This document shows, one piece after another, positions 25,701 to 39,070 of a stretch of DNA of 64,000 bases (position 1 is its first letter; each line of letters begins with the position of its first letter). A program made the position numbers and the translations under genes. Location: contig OZ024764.1 in the NCBI GenBank assembly GCA_964016885.1, positions 19,034,001-19,098,000 on the forward strand. Direction: 5' to 3'. The notes beneath the pieces were generated by a model that saw only the letters and a program-made list of their open reading frames with translations, made no database searches and had not been told where the DNA came from. This DNA is from Eledone cirrhosa. Lineage: Eukaryota.

Positions 25701-28700
25701 AGTCCACACTGTAAAGTGGTCAGGTAGGTGTCACAACAAAAAGTACCCAGTCCACACTGTAAAGTGGTCATGTAGGTGTCATAACAAAAAGTACCCAGTC
25801 CACACTGTAAAGTGGTCAGGTAGGTGGCACAACAAAAAGTACCCAGTCCACACTGTAAAGTGGTCATGTAGGTGTCACAACAAAAAGTACCAAGTCCACA
25901 CTGTAGAGTGGTCAGGTAGGTATCATGACAAAAAGTACCCAGTCCACACTGTAAAGTGGTCATGTAGGTGTCATAACAAAAAGTACCCAGTCCACACTGT
26001 AAAGTGGTCAGGTAGGTGGCACAACAAAAAGTACCCAGTCCACACTGTAAAGTGGTCATGTAGGTGTCACAACAAAAAGTACCAAGTCCACACTGTAGAG
26101 TGGTCAGGTAGGTATCATGACAAAAAGTACCCAGTCCACACTGTAAAGTGGTCATGTAGGTATCATGACAAAAAGTACCCAGTCCACACTGTAAAGTGGT
26201 AATGTAGGTGTCACAAAAAAAAACAACACCCAGTCCACACTGTAAAGTGGTCATGTAGGTGTCACGACAAAAAGTACCGAGTCCACCTCTGTAAAGTGGT
26301 CATGTAGGTGTCACAACAAAAAGTACCCAGTCCACACTGTAAAGTGGTCATGTAGGTGTCATAACAAAAAGTACCCAGTCCACACTGTAGAGTGGTCAGG
26401 TAGGTATCATGACAAAAAGTACCCAGTCCACACTGTAAAGTGGTCATGTAGGTGTCACAACAAAAAGTACCCAGTCCACACTGTAAAGTAGTCATGTAGG
26501 TGTCATAACAAAAAGTACCCAGTCCACACTGTAAAGTGGTCAGGTAGGTGTCACAACAAAAAGTACCCAGTCCACACTGTAAAGTGGTCATGTAGGTGTC
26601 ACAACAAAAAGTACCCAGTCCACACTGTAAAGTGGTCATGTAGGTGTCATAACAAAAAGTACCCAGTCCACACTGTAAAGTGGTCAGGTAGGTGTCACAA
26701 CAAAAAGTACCCAGTCCACACTGTAAAGTGGTCATGTAGGTGTCACATCAAAAAGTACCCAGTCCACACTGTAAAGTGGTCATGTAGGTGTCACAACAAA
26801 AAGTACCCAGGCCACACTGTAAAGCGGTCATGTAGGTGTCACAACAAAAAGTACCCAGTCCACACTGTAAAGTGGTCATGTAGGTGTCACAACAAAAAGT
26901 ACCCAGTCCACCCTGTAAAGTGGTCATATATGTGTCACAACAAAAGGTACCCAGTCCACCCTGTAAAGTGGTCATGTATGTGTCACAACAAAAAGTACCC
27001 AGTCCACACTGTAAAGTGGTGATGTAGGTGTCACAACAAAAAGTACCCAGTCCACACTGTAAAGTGGACATGTAGGTGTCATGACAAAAAGTACCCAGTC
27101 CACACTGTAAAGTGGTCATGTAGGTGTCACAACAAAAAGTACCCAGTCCACACTGTAAAGTGGTCATGTAGGTGTCACAACAAAAAGTACCCAGTCCACA
27201 CTGTAAAGTGGTCATGTAGGTGTCACAACAAAAAGTACCCAGGCCACACTGTAAAGTGGTCATGTAGGTGTCACAACAAAAAGTACCCAGTCCACACTGT
27301 AAAGTGGTCATGTAGGTGTCACAACAAAAAGTACCCAGTCCACCCTGTAAAGTGGTCATATATGTGTCACAACAAAAGGTACCCAGTCCACCCTGTAAAG
27401 TGGTCATGTATGTGTCACAACAAAAAGTACCCAGTCCACACTGTAAAGTGGTCATGTATGTGTCACAACAAAAAGTACCCAGTCCACACTGTAAAGTGGT
27501 CATGTAGGTGTCACAACAAAAAGTACCCAGTCCACACTGTAAAGTGGTCATGTAGGTGTCACAACAAAAAGTACCCAGTCCACACTGTAAAGTGGTCATG
27601 TAGGTGTCACAACAAAAAGTACCCAGTCCACACTGTAAAGTGGTCATGTAGGTGTCACAACAAAAAGTACCCAGTCCACACTGTAAAGTGGTCATGTAGG
27701 TGTCACAACAAAAAGTACCCAGTCCAGCCTGTAAAGTGGTCATATATGTGTCACAACTAAAAGTACCCAGTCCACCCTGTAAAGTGGTCATGTATGTGTC
27801 ACAACAAAAAGTACCCAGTCCACACTGTAAAGTGGTCATGTATGTGTCACAACAAAATTACCCAGTCCACACTGTAAAGTGGTCATGTAGGTGTCACAAC
27901 AAAAAGTACCCAGTCCACACTGTAAAGTGGTCATGTAGGTGTCACAACAAAAAGTACCCAGTCCACACTGTAAAGTGGTCATGTAGGTGTCACAACAAAA
28001 AGTACCCAGTCCACCCTGTAAAGTGGTCATATATGTGTCACAACAAAAGGTACCCAGTCCACCCTGTAAAGTGGTCATGTATGTGTCACAACAAAAAGTA
28101 CCCAGTCCACACTGTAAAGTGGACATGTAGGTGTCATAACAAAAAGTACCCAGTCCACACTGTAAAGTGGTCATGTAGGTGTCACAACAAAAAGTACCCA
28201 GTCCACACTGTAAAGTGGTCATGTAGGTGTCACAACAAAAAGTACCCAGTCCACACTGTAAAGTGGTCATGTAGGTGTCACAACAAAAAGTACCCAGGCC
28301 ACACTGTAAAGTGGTCATGTAGGTGTCACAACAAAAAGTACCCAGTCCACACTGTAAAGTGGTCATGTAGGTGTCACAACAAAAAGTACCCAGTCCACAC
28401 TGTAAAGTGGTCATGTAGGTGTCACAACAAAAAGTACCCAGTCCACACTGTAAAGTGGTGATGTAGGTGTCACAACAAAAAGTACCCAGTCCACACTGTA
28501 AAGTGGACATGTAGGTGTCATGACAAAAAGTACCCAGTCCACACTGTAAAGTGGTCATGTAGGTGTCACAATAAAAAGTACCCAGTCCACACTGTAAAGT
28601 GGTCATGTAGGTGTCACAACAAAAAGTACCCAGTCCACACTGTAAAGTGGTCATGTAGGTGTCACAACAAAAAGTACCCAGGCCACACTGTAAAGCGGTC

Positions 28701-30810
28701 ATGTAGGTGTCACAACAAAAAGTACCCAGTCCACACTGTAAAGTGGTCATGTAGGTGTCACAACAAAAAGTACCCAGTCCACCCTGTAAAGTGGTCATAT
28801 ATGTGTCACAACAAAAGGTACCCAGTCCACCCTGTAAAGTGGTCATGTATGTGTCACAACAAAAAGTACCCAGTCCACACTGTAAAGTGGTGATGTAGGT
28901 GTCACAACAAAAAGTACCCAGTCCACACTGTAAAGTGGACATGTAGGTGTCATGACAAAAAGTACCCAGTCCACACTGTAAAGTGGTCATGTAGGTGTCA
29001 CAACAAAAAGTACCCAGTCCACACTGTAAAGTGGTCATGTAGGTGTCACAACAAAAAGTACCCAGTCCACACTGTAAAGTGGTCATGTAGGTGTCACAAC
29101 AAAAAGTACCCAGGCCACACTGTAAAGTGGTCATGTAGGTGTCACAACAAAAAGTACCCAGTCCACACTGTAAAGTGGTCATGTAGGTGTCACAACAAAA
29201 AGTACCCAGTCCACCCTGTAAAGTGGTCATATATGTGTCACAACAAAGGGTACCCAGTCCACCCTGTAAAGTGGTCATGTATGTGTCACAACAAAAAGTA
29301 CCCAGTCCACACTGTAAAGTGGTCATGTATGTGTCACAACAAAAAGTACCCAGTCCACACTGTAAAGTGGTCATGTAGGTGTCACAACAAAAAGTACCCA
29401 GTCCACACTGTAAAGTGGTCATGTAGGTGTCACAACAAAAAGTACCCAGTCCACACTGTAAAGTGGTCATGTAGGTGTCACAACAAAAAGTACCCAGTCC
29501 ACACTGTAAAGTGGTCATGTAGGTGTCACAACAAAAAGTACCCAGTCCACACTGTAAAGTGGTCATGTAGGTGTCACAACAAAAAGTACCCAGTCCAGCC
29601 TGTAAAGTGGTCATATATGTGTCACAACAAAAAGTACCCAGTCCACCCTGTAAAGTGGTCATGTATGTGTCACAACAAAAAGTACCCAGTCCACACTGTA
29701 AAGTGGTCATGTATGTGTCACAACAAAATTACCCAGTCCACACTGTAAAGTGGTCATGTAGGTGTCACAACAAAAAGTACCCAGTCCACACTGTAAAGTG
29801 GTCATGTAGGTGTCATAACAAAAAGTACCCAGTCCACACTGTAGAGTGGTCAGGTAGGTATCATGACAAAAAGTACCCAGTCCACACTGTAAAGTGGTCA
29901 TGTAGGTGTCACAACAAAAAGTACCCAGTCCACACTGTAAAGTGGTCATGTAGGTGTCATAACAAAAAGTACCCAGTCCACACTATAAAGTGGTCAGGTA
30001 GGTGTCACAACAAAAAGTACCCAGTCCACACTGTAAAGTGGTCATGTAGGTGTCACAACAAAAAGTACCCAGTCCACACTGTAAAGTGGTCATGTAGGTG
30101 TCATAACAAAAAGTACCCAGTCCACACTGTAAAGTGGTCAGGTAGGTGTCACAACAAAAAGTACCCAGTCCACACTGTAAAGTGGTCATGTAGGTGTCAC
30201 AACAAAAAGTACCCAGTCCACACTGTAACGTGGTCATGTAGGTGTCACAACAAAAAGTACCCAGTCCACACTGTAAAGTGGTCATGTAGGTGTCACAACA
30301 AAAAGTACCCAGTCCACACTGTAAAGTGGTCATGTAGGTGTCACAACAAAAAGTACCCAGTCCACACTGTAAAGTGGTCATGTAGGTGTCACAACAAAAA
30401 GTACCCAGTCCACCCTGTAAAGTGGTCATATATGTGTCACAACAAAAATTACCCAGTCCACCCTGTAAAGTGGTCATGTATGTGTCACAACAAAAAGTAC
30501 CCAGTCCACACTGTAAAGTGGTCATGTATGTGTCACAACAAAAAGTACCCAGTCCACACTGTAAAGTGGTCATGTAGGTGTCACAACAAAAAGTACCCAG
30601 TCCACACTGTAAAGTGGTCATGTAGGTGTCACAACAAAAAGTACCCAGTCCACACTGTAAAGTGGTCATGTAGGTGTCACAACAAAAAGTACCCAGTCCA
30701 CCCTGTAAAGTGGTCATATATGTGTCACAACAAAAGGTACCCAGTCCACCCTGTAAAGTGGTCATGTATGTGTCACAACAAAAAGTACCCAGTCCACACT
30801 GTAAAGTGGA
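22794..30810 (+). repeat. ~8.0 kb higher-order block, copy 2 (tandem neighbour of 30811-39070, related to 1-8260)
   Basis: The rare (GGA)CGTGTAGG variant occurs at 1, 22794 and 30811. CACATCAAAA occurs at ~4190, ~26744 and ~35001. ORF landmarks 23809/31826 are offset by 8017 bp. Confidence 0.8.
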
Positions 30811-33800
30811 CGTGTAGGTGTCATAACAAAAAGTACCCAGTCCACACTGTAAAGTGGTCATGTAGGTGTCACAACAAAAAGTACCCAGTCCACACTGTAA
30901 AGTGGTCATGTAGGTGTCACAACAAAAAGTACCCAGTCCACACTGTAAAGTGGTCATGTAGGTGTCACAACAAAAAGTACCCAGGCCACACTGTAAAGTG
31001 GTCATGTAGGTGTCACAACAAAAAGTACCCAGTCCACACTGTAAAGTGGTCATGTAGGTGTCACAACAAAAAGTACCCAGTCCACACTGTAAAGTGGTCA
31101 TGTAGGTGTCACAACAAAAAGTACCCAGTCCACACTGTAAAGTGGTGATGTAGGTGTCACAACAAAAAGTACCCAGTCCACACTGTAAAGTGGACATGTA
31201 GGTGTCATGACAAAAAGTACCCAGTCCACACTGTAAAGTGGTCATGTAGGTGTCACAACAAAAAGTACCCAGTCCACACTGTAAAGTGGTCATGTAGGTG
31301 TCACAACAAAAAGTACCCAGTCCACACTGTAAAGTGGTCATGTAGGTGTCACAACAAAAAGTACCCAGGCCACACTGTAAAGCGGTCATGTAGGTGTCAC
31401 AACAAAAAGTACCCAGTCCACACTGTAAAGTGGTCATGTAGGTGTCACAACAAAAAGTACCCAGTCCACCCTGTAAAGTGGTCATATATGTGTCACAACA
31501 AAAGGTACCCAGTCCACCCTGTAAAGTGGTCATGTATGTGTCACAACAAAAAGTACCCAGTCCACACTGTAAAGTGGTGATGTAGGTGTCACAACAAAAA
31601 GTACCCAGTCCACACTGTAAAGTGGACATGTAGGTGTCATGACAAAAAGTACCCAGTCCACACTGTAAAGTGGTCATGTAGGTGTCACAACAAAAAGTAC
31701 CCAGTCCACACTGTAAAGTGGTCATGTAGGTGTCACAACAAAAAGTACCCAGGCCACACTGTAAAGTGGTCATGTAGGTGTCACAACAAAAAGTACCCAG
31801 TCCACACTGTAAAGTGGTCATGTAGGTGTCACAACAAAAAGTACCCAGTCCACCCTGTAAAGTGGTCATATATGTGTCACAACAAAAGGTACCCAGTCCA
31901 CCCTGTAAAGTGGTCATGTATGTGTCACAACAAAAAGTACCCAGTCCACACTGTAAAGTGGTCATGTATGTGTCACAACAAAAAGTACCCAGTCCACACT
32001 GTAAAGTGGTCATGTAGGTGTCACAACAAAAAGTACCCAGTCCACACTGTAAAGTGGTCATGTAGGTGTCACAACAAAAAGTACCCAGTCCACACTGTAA
32101 AGTGGTCATGTAGGTGTCACAACAAAAAGTACCCAGTCCACACTGTAAAGTGGTCATGTAGGTATCACAACAAAAAGTACCCAGTCCACACTGTAAAGTG
32201 GTCATGTAGGTGTCACAACAAAAAGTACCCAGTCCAGCCTGTAAAGTGGTCATATATGTGTCACAACAAAAAGTACCCAGTCCACCCTGTAAAGTGGTCA
32301 TGTATGTGTCACAACAAAAAGTACCCAGTCCACACTGTAAAGTGGTCATGTATGTGTCACAACAAAATTACCCAGTCCACACTGTAAAGTGGTCATGTAG
32401 GTGTCACAACAAAAAGTACCCAGTCCACACTGTAAAGTGGTCATGTAGGTGTCATAACAAAAAGTACCCAGTCCACACTGTAGAGTGGTCAGGTAGGTAT
32501 CATGACAAAAAGTACCCAGTCCACACTATAAAGTGGTCAGGTAGGTGTCACAACAAAAAGTACCCAGTCCACACTGTAAAGTGGTCATGTAGGTGTCACA
32601 ACAAAAAGTACCCAGTCCACACTGTAAAGTGGTCATGTAGGTGTCATAACAAAAAGTACCCAGTCCACACTGTAAAGTGGTCAGGTAGGTGTCACAACAA
32701 AAAGTACCCAGTCCACACTGTAAAGTGGTCATGTAGGTGTCACAACAAAAAGTACCCAGTCCACACTGTAACGTGGTCATGTAGGTGTCACAACAAAAAG
32801 TACCCAGTCCACACTGTAAAGTGGTCATGTAGGTGTCACAACAAAAAGTACCCAGTCCACACTGTAAAGTGGTCATGTAGGTGTCACAACAAAAAGTACC
32901 CAGTCCACACTGTAAAGTGGTCATGTAGGTGTCACAACAAAAAGTACCCAGTCCACACTGTAAAGTGGTCATGTAGGTGTCACAACAAAAAGTACCCAGT
33001 CCACACTGTAAAGTGGTCATGTAGGTGTCACAACAAAAAGTACCCAGTCCACACTGTAAAGTGGTCATGTAGGTGTCACAACAAAAAGGACCCAGTCCAC
33101 CCTGTAAAGTGGTCATATATGTGTCACAACAAAAATTACCCAGTCCACCCTGTAAAGTGGTCATGTATGTGTCACAACAAAAAGTACCCAGTCCACACTG
33201 TAAAGTGGTCATGTATGTGTCACAACAAAAAGTACCCAGTCCACACTGTAAAGTGGTCATGTAGGTGTCACAACAAAAAGTACCCAGTCCACACTGTAAA
33301 GTGGTCATGTAGGTGTCATAACAAAAAGTACCCAGTCCACACTGTAGAGTGGTCAGGTAGGTATCATGACAAAAAGTACCCAGTCCACACTGTAAAGTGG
33401 TCATGTAGGTGTCACAACAAAAAGTACCCAGTCCACACTGTAAAGTGGTCATGTAGGTGTCATAACAAAAAGTACCCAGTCCACACTGTAAAGTGGTCAT
33501 GTAGGTGTCACAACAAAAAGTACCCAGTCCACACTGTAAAGTGGTCATGTAGGTGTCACAACAAAAAGTACCCAGTCCACACTGTAAAGTGGTCATGTAG
33601 GTGTCATAACAAAAAGTACCCAGTCCACACTGTAAAGTGGGCAGGTAGGTGTCACAACAAAAAGTACCCAGTCCACACTGTAAAGTGGTCATGTAGGTGT
33701 CACAACAAAAAGTACCCAGTCCACACTGTAAAGTGGTCATGTATGTGTCACAACAAAAAGTACCCAGTCCACACTGTAAAGTGGTCATGTAGGTGTCATA

Positions 33801-36800
33801 ACAAAAAGTACCCAGTCCACACTGTAGAGTGGTCAGGTAGGTATCATGACAAAAAGTACCCAGTCCACACTGTAAAGTGGTCATGTAGGTGTCACAACAA
33901 AAAGTACCCAGTCCACACTGTAAAGTGGTCATGTAGGTGTCATAACAAAAAGTACCCAGTCCACACTGTAAAGTGGTCAGGTAGGTGTCACAACAAAAAG
34001 TACCCAGTCCACACTGTAAAGTGGTCATGTATGTGTCATAACAAAAAGTACCCAGTCCACACTGTAAAGTGGTCAGGTAGGTGTCACAACAAAAAGTACC
34101 CAGTCCACACTGTAAAGTGGTCATGTATGTGTCATAACAAAAAGTACCCAGTCCACACTGTAAAGTGGTCAGGTAGGTGTCACAACAAAAAGTACCCAGT
34201 CCACACTGTAAAGTGGTCATGTAGGTGTCATAACAAAAAGTACCCAGTCCACACTGTAAAGTGGTCAGGTAGGTGGCACAACAAAAAGTACCCAGTCCAC
34301 ACTGTAAAGTGGTCATGTAGGTGTCACAACAAAAAGTACCAAGTCCACACTGTAGAGTGGTCAGGTAGGTATCATGACAAAAAGTACCCAGTCCACACTG
34401 TAAAGTGGTCATGTAGGTATCATGACAAAAAGTACCCAGTCCACACTGTAAAGTGGTAATGTAGGTGTCACAAAAAAAAACAACACCCAGTCCACACTGT
34501 AAAGTGGTCATGTAGGTGTCACGACAAAAAGTACCGAGTCCACCTCTGTAAAGTGGTCATGTAGGTGTCACAACAAAAAGTACCCAGTCCACACTGTAAA
34601 GTGGTCATGTAGGTGTCATAACAAAAAGTACCCAGTCCACACTGTAGAGTGGTCAGGTAGGTATCATGACAAAAAGTACCCAGTCCACACTGTAAAGTGG
34701 TCATGTAGGTGTCACAACAAAAAGTACCCAGTCCACACTGTAAAGTAGTCATGTAGGTGTCATAACAAAAAGTACCCAGTCCACACTGTAAAGTGGTCAG
34801 GTAGGTGTCACAACAAAAAGTACCCAGTCCACACTGTAAAGTGGTCATGTAGGTGTCACAACAAAAAGTACCCAGTCCACACTGTAAAGTGGTCATGTAG
34901 GTGTCATAACAAAAAGTACCCAGTCCACACTGTAAAGTGGTCAGGTAGGTGTCACAACAAAAAGTACCCAGTCCACACTGTAAAGTGGTCATGTAGGTGT
35001 CACATCAAAAAGTACCCAGTCCACACTGTAAAGTGGTCATGTAGGTGTCACAACAAAAAGTACCCAGGCCACACTGTAAAGCGGTCATGTAGGTGTCACA
35101 ACAAAAAGTACCCAGTCCACACTGTAAAGTGGTCATGTAGGTGTCACAACAAAAAGTACCCAGTCCACCCTGTAAAGTGGTCATATATGTGTCACAACAA
35201 AAGGTACCCAGTCCACCCTGTAAAGTGGTCATGTATGTGTCACAACAAAAAGTACCCAGTCCACACTGTAAAGTGGTCATGTAGGTGTCACAACAAAAAG
35301 TACCCAGTCCACACTGTAAAGTGGACATGTAGGTGTCATGACAAAAAGTACCCAGTCCACACTGTAAAGTGGTCATGTAGGTGTCACAACAAAAAGTACC
35401 CAGTCCACACTGTAAAGTGGTCATGTAGGTGTCACAACAAAAAGTACCCAGTCCACACTGTAAAGTGGTCATGTAGGTGTCACAACAAAAAGTACCCAGG
35501 CCACACTGTAAAGTGGTCATGTAGGTGTCACAACAAAAAGTACCCAGTCCACACTGTAAAGTGGTCATGTAGGTGTCACAACAAAAAGTACCCAGTCCAC
35601 CCTGTAAAGTGGTCATATATGTGTCACAACAAAAGGTACCCAGTCCACCCTGTAAAGTGGTCATGTATGTGTCACAACAAAAAGTACCCAGTCCACACTG
35701 TAAAGTGGTCATGTATGTGTCACAACAAAAAGTACCCAGTCCACACTGTAAAGTGGTCATGTAGGTGTCACAACAAAAAGTACCCAGTCCACACTGTAAA
35801 GTGGTCATGTAGGTGTCACAACAAAAAGTACCCAGTCCACACTGTAAAGTGGTCATGTAGGTGTCACAGCAAAAAGTACCCAGTCCACACTGTAAAGTGG
35901 TCATGTAGGTGTCACAACAAAAAGTACCCAGTCCACACTGTAAAGTGGTCATGTAGGTGTCACAACAAAAAGTACCCAGTCCAGCCTGTAAAGTGGTCAT
36001 ATATGTGTCACAACAAAAAGTACCCAGTCCACCCTGTAAAGTGGTCATGTATGTGTCACAACAAAAAGTACCCAGTCCACACTGTAAAGTGGTCATGTAT
36101 GTGTCACAACAAAATTACCCAGTCCACACTGTAAAGTGGTCATGTAGGTGTCACAACAAAAAGTACCCAGTCCACACTGTAAAGTGGTCATGTAGGTGTC
36201 ACAACAAAAAGTACCCAGTCCACACTGTAAAGTGGTCATGTAGGTGTCACAACAAAAAGTACCCAGTCCACCCTGTAAAGTGGTCATATATGTGTCACAA
36301 CAAAAGGTACCCAGTCCACCCTGTAAAGTGGTCATGTATGTGTCACAACAAAAAGTACCCAGTCCACACTGTAAAGTGGACATGTAGGTGTCATAACAAA
36401 AAGAACCCAGTCCACACTGTAAAGTGGTCATGTAGGTGTCACAACAAAAAGTACCCAGTCCACACTGTAAAGTGGTCATGTAGGTGTCACAACAAAAAGT
36501 ACCCAGTCCACACTGTAAAGTGGTCATGTAGGTGTCACAACAAAAAGTACCCAGGCCACACTGTAAAGTGGTCATGTAGGTGTCACAACAAAAAGTACCC
36601 AGTCCACACTGTAAAGTGGTCATGTAGGTGTCACAACAAAAAGTACCCAGTCCACACTGTAAAGTGGTCATGTAGGTGTCACAACAAAAAGTACCCAGTC
36701 CACACTGTAAAGTGGTGATGTAGGTGTCACAACAAAAAGTACCCAGTCCACACTGTAAAGTGGACATGTAGGTGTCATGACAAAAAGTACCCAGTCCACA

Positions 36801-39070
36801 CTGTAAAGTGGTCATGTAGGTGTCACAACAAAAAGTACCCAGTCCACACTGTAAAGTGGTCATGTAGGTGTCACAACAAAAAGTACCCAGTCCACACTGT
36901 AAAGTGGTCATGTAGGTGTCACAAGAAAAAGTACCCAGGCCACACTGTAAAGCGGTCATGTAGGTGTCACAACAAAAAGTACCCAGTCCACACTGTAAAG
37001 TGGTCATGTAGGTGTCACAACAAAAAGTACCCAGTCCACCCTGTAAAGTGGTCATATATGTGTCACAACAAAAGGTACCCAGTCCACCCTGTAAAGTGGA
37101 CATGTATGTGTCACAACAAAAAGTACCCAGTCCACACTGTAAAGTGGTGATGTAGGTGTCACAACAAAAAGTACCCAGTCCACACTGTAAAGTGGACATA
37201 TATGTGTCACAACAAAAAGTACCCAGTCCACACTGTAAAGTGGTCATGTAGGTGTCACAACAAAAAGTACCCAGTCCACACTGTAAAGTGGTGATGTAGG
37301 TGTCACAACAAAAAGTACCCAGTCCACACTGTAAAGTGGACATGTAGGTGTCATGACAAAAAGTACCCAGTCCACACTGTAAAGTGGTCATGTAGGTGTC
37401 ACAACAAAAAGTACCCAGTCCACACTGTAAAGTGGTCATGTAGGTGTCACAACAAAAAGTACCCAGTCCACACTGTAAAGTGGTCATGTAGGTGTCACAA
37501 GAAAAAGTACCCAGGCCACACTGTAAAGCGGTCATGTAGGTGTCACAACAAAAAGTACCCAGTCCACACTGTAAAGTGGTCATGTAGGTGTCACAACAAA
37601 AAGTACCCAGTCCACCCTGTAAAGTGGTCATATATGTGTCACAACAAAAGGTACCCAGTCCACCCTGTAAAGTGGTCATGTATGTGTCACAACAAAAAGT
37701 ACCCAGTCCACACTGTAAAGTGGTGATGTAGGTGTCACAACAAAAAGTACCCAGTCCACACTGTAAAGTGGACATATATGTGTCACAACAAAAAGTACCC
37801 AGTCCACACTGTAAAGTGGTCATGTAGGTGTCACAACAAAAAGTACCCAGTCCACACTGTAAAGTGGTCATATATGTGTCACAACAAAGGGTACCCAGTC
37901 CACCCTGTAAAGTGGTCATGTATGTGTCACAACAAAAAGTACCCAGTCCACACTGTAAAGTGGTGATGTAGGTGTCACAACAAAAAGTACCCAGTCCACC
38001 CTGTAAAGTGGTCATGTATGTGTCACAACAAAAAGTACCCAGTCCACACTGTAAAGTGGTGATGTAGGTGTCATGACAAAAAGTACCCAGTCCACACTGT
38101 AAAGTGGTCATGTAGGTGTCACAACAAAAAGTACCCAGTCCACACTGTAAAGTGGTCATGTAGGTGTCACAACAAAAAGTACCCAGTCCACACTGTAAAG
38201 TGGTCATATATGTGTCACAACAAAGGGTACCCAGTCCACCCTGTAAAGTGGTCATGTATGTGTCACAACAAAAAGTACCCAGTCCACACTGTAAAGTGGT
38301 GATGTAGGTGTCACAACAAAAAGTACCCAGTCCACACTGTAAAGTGGACATGTAGGTGTCATGACAAAAAGTACCCAGTCCACACTGTAAAGTGGTCATG
38401 TAGGTGTCACAACAAAAAGTACCCAGGCCACACTGTAAAGTGGTCATGTAGGTGTCACAACAAAAAGTACCCAGTCCACACTGTAAAGTGGTCATGTAGG
38501 TGTCACAACAAAAAGTACCCAGTCCACCCTGTAAAGTGGTCATATATGTGTCACAACAAAGGGTACCCAGTCCACCCTGTAAAGTGGTCATGTATGTGTC
38601 ACAACAAAAAGTACCCAGTCCACACTGTAAAGTGGTCATGTATGTGTCACAACAAAAAGTACCCAGTCCACACTGTAAAGTGGTCATGTAGGTGTCACAA
38701 CAAAAAGTACCCAGTCCACACTGTAAAGTGGTCATGTAGGTGTCACAACAAAAAGTACCCAGTCCACACTGTAAAGTGGTCATGTAGGTGTCACAACAAA
38801 AAGTACCCAGTCCACACTGTAAAGTGGTCATGTAGGTGTCACAACAAAAAGTACCCAGTCCAGCCTGTAAAGTGGTCATATATGTGTCACAACAAAAAGT
38901 ACCCAGTCCACCCTGTAAAGTGGTCATGTATGTGTCACAACAAAAAGTACCCAGTCCACACTGTAAAGTGGTCATGTATGTGTCACAACAAAATTACCCA
39001 GTCCACACTGTAAAGTGGTCATGTAGGTGTCACAACAAAAAGTACCCAGTCCACACTGTAAAGTGGTCAT
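30811..39070 (+). repeat. ~8.2 kb higher-order block, copy 3 (near-identical to 1-8260)
   Basis: Same ordered variant pattern as 1-8260. It differs by a few private substitutions and two ~4-monomer indels. Confidence 0.9.
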
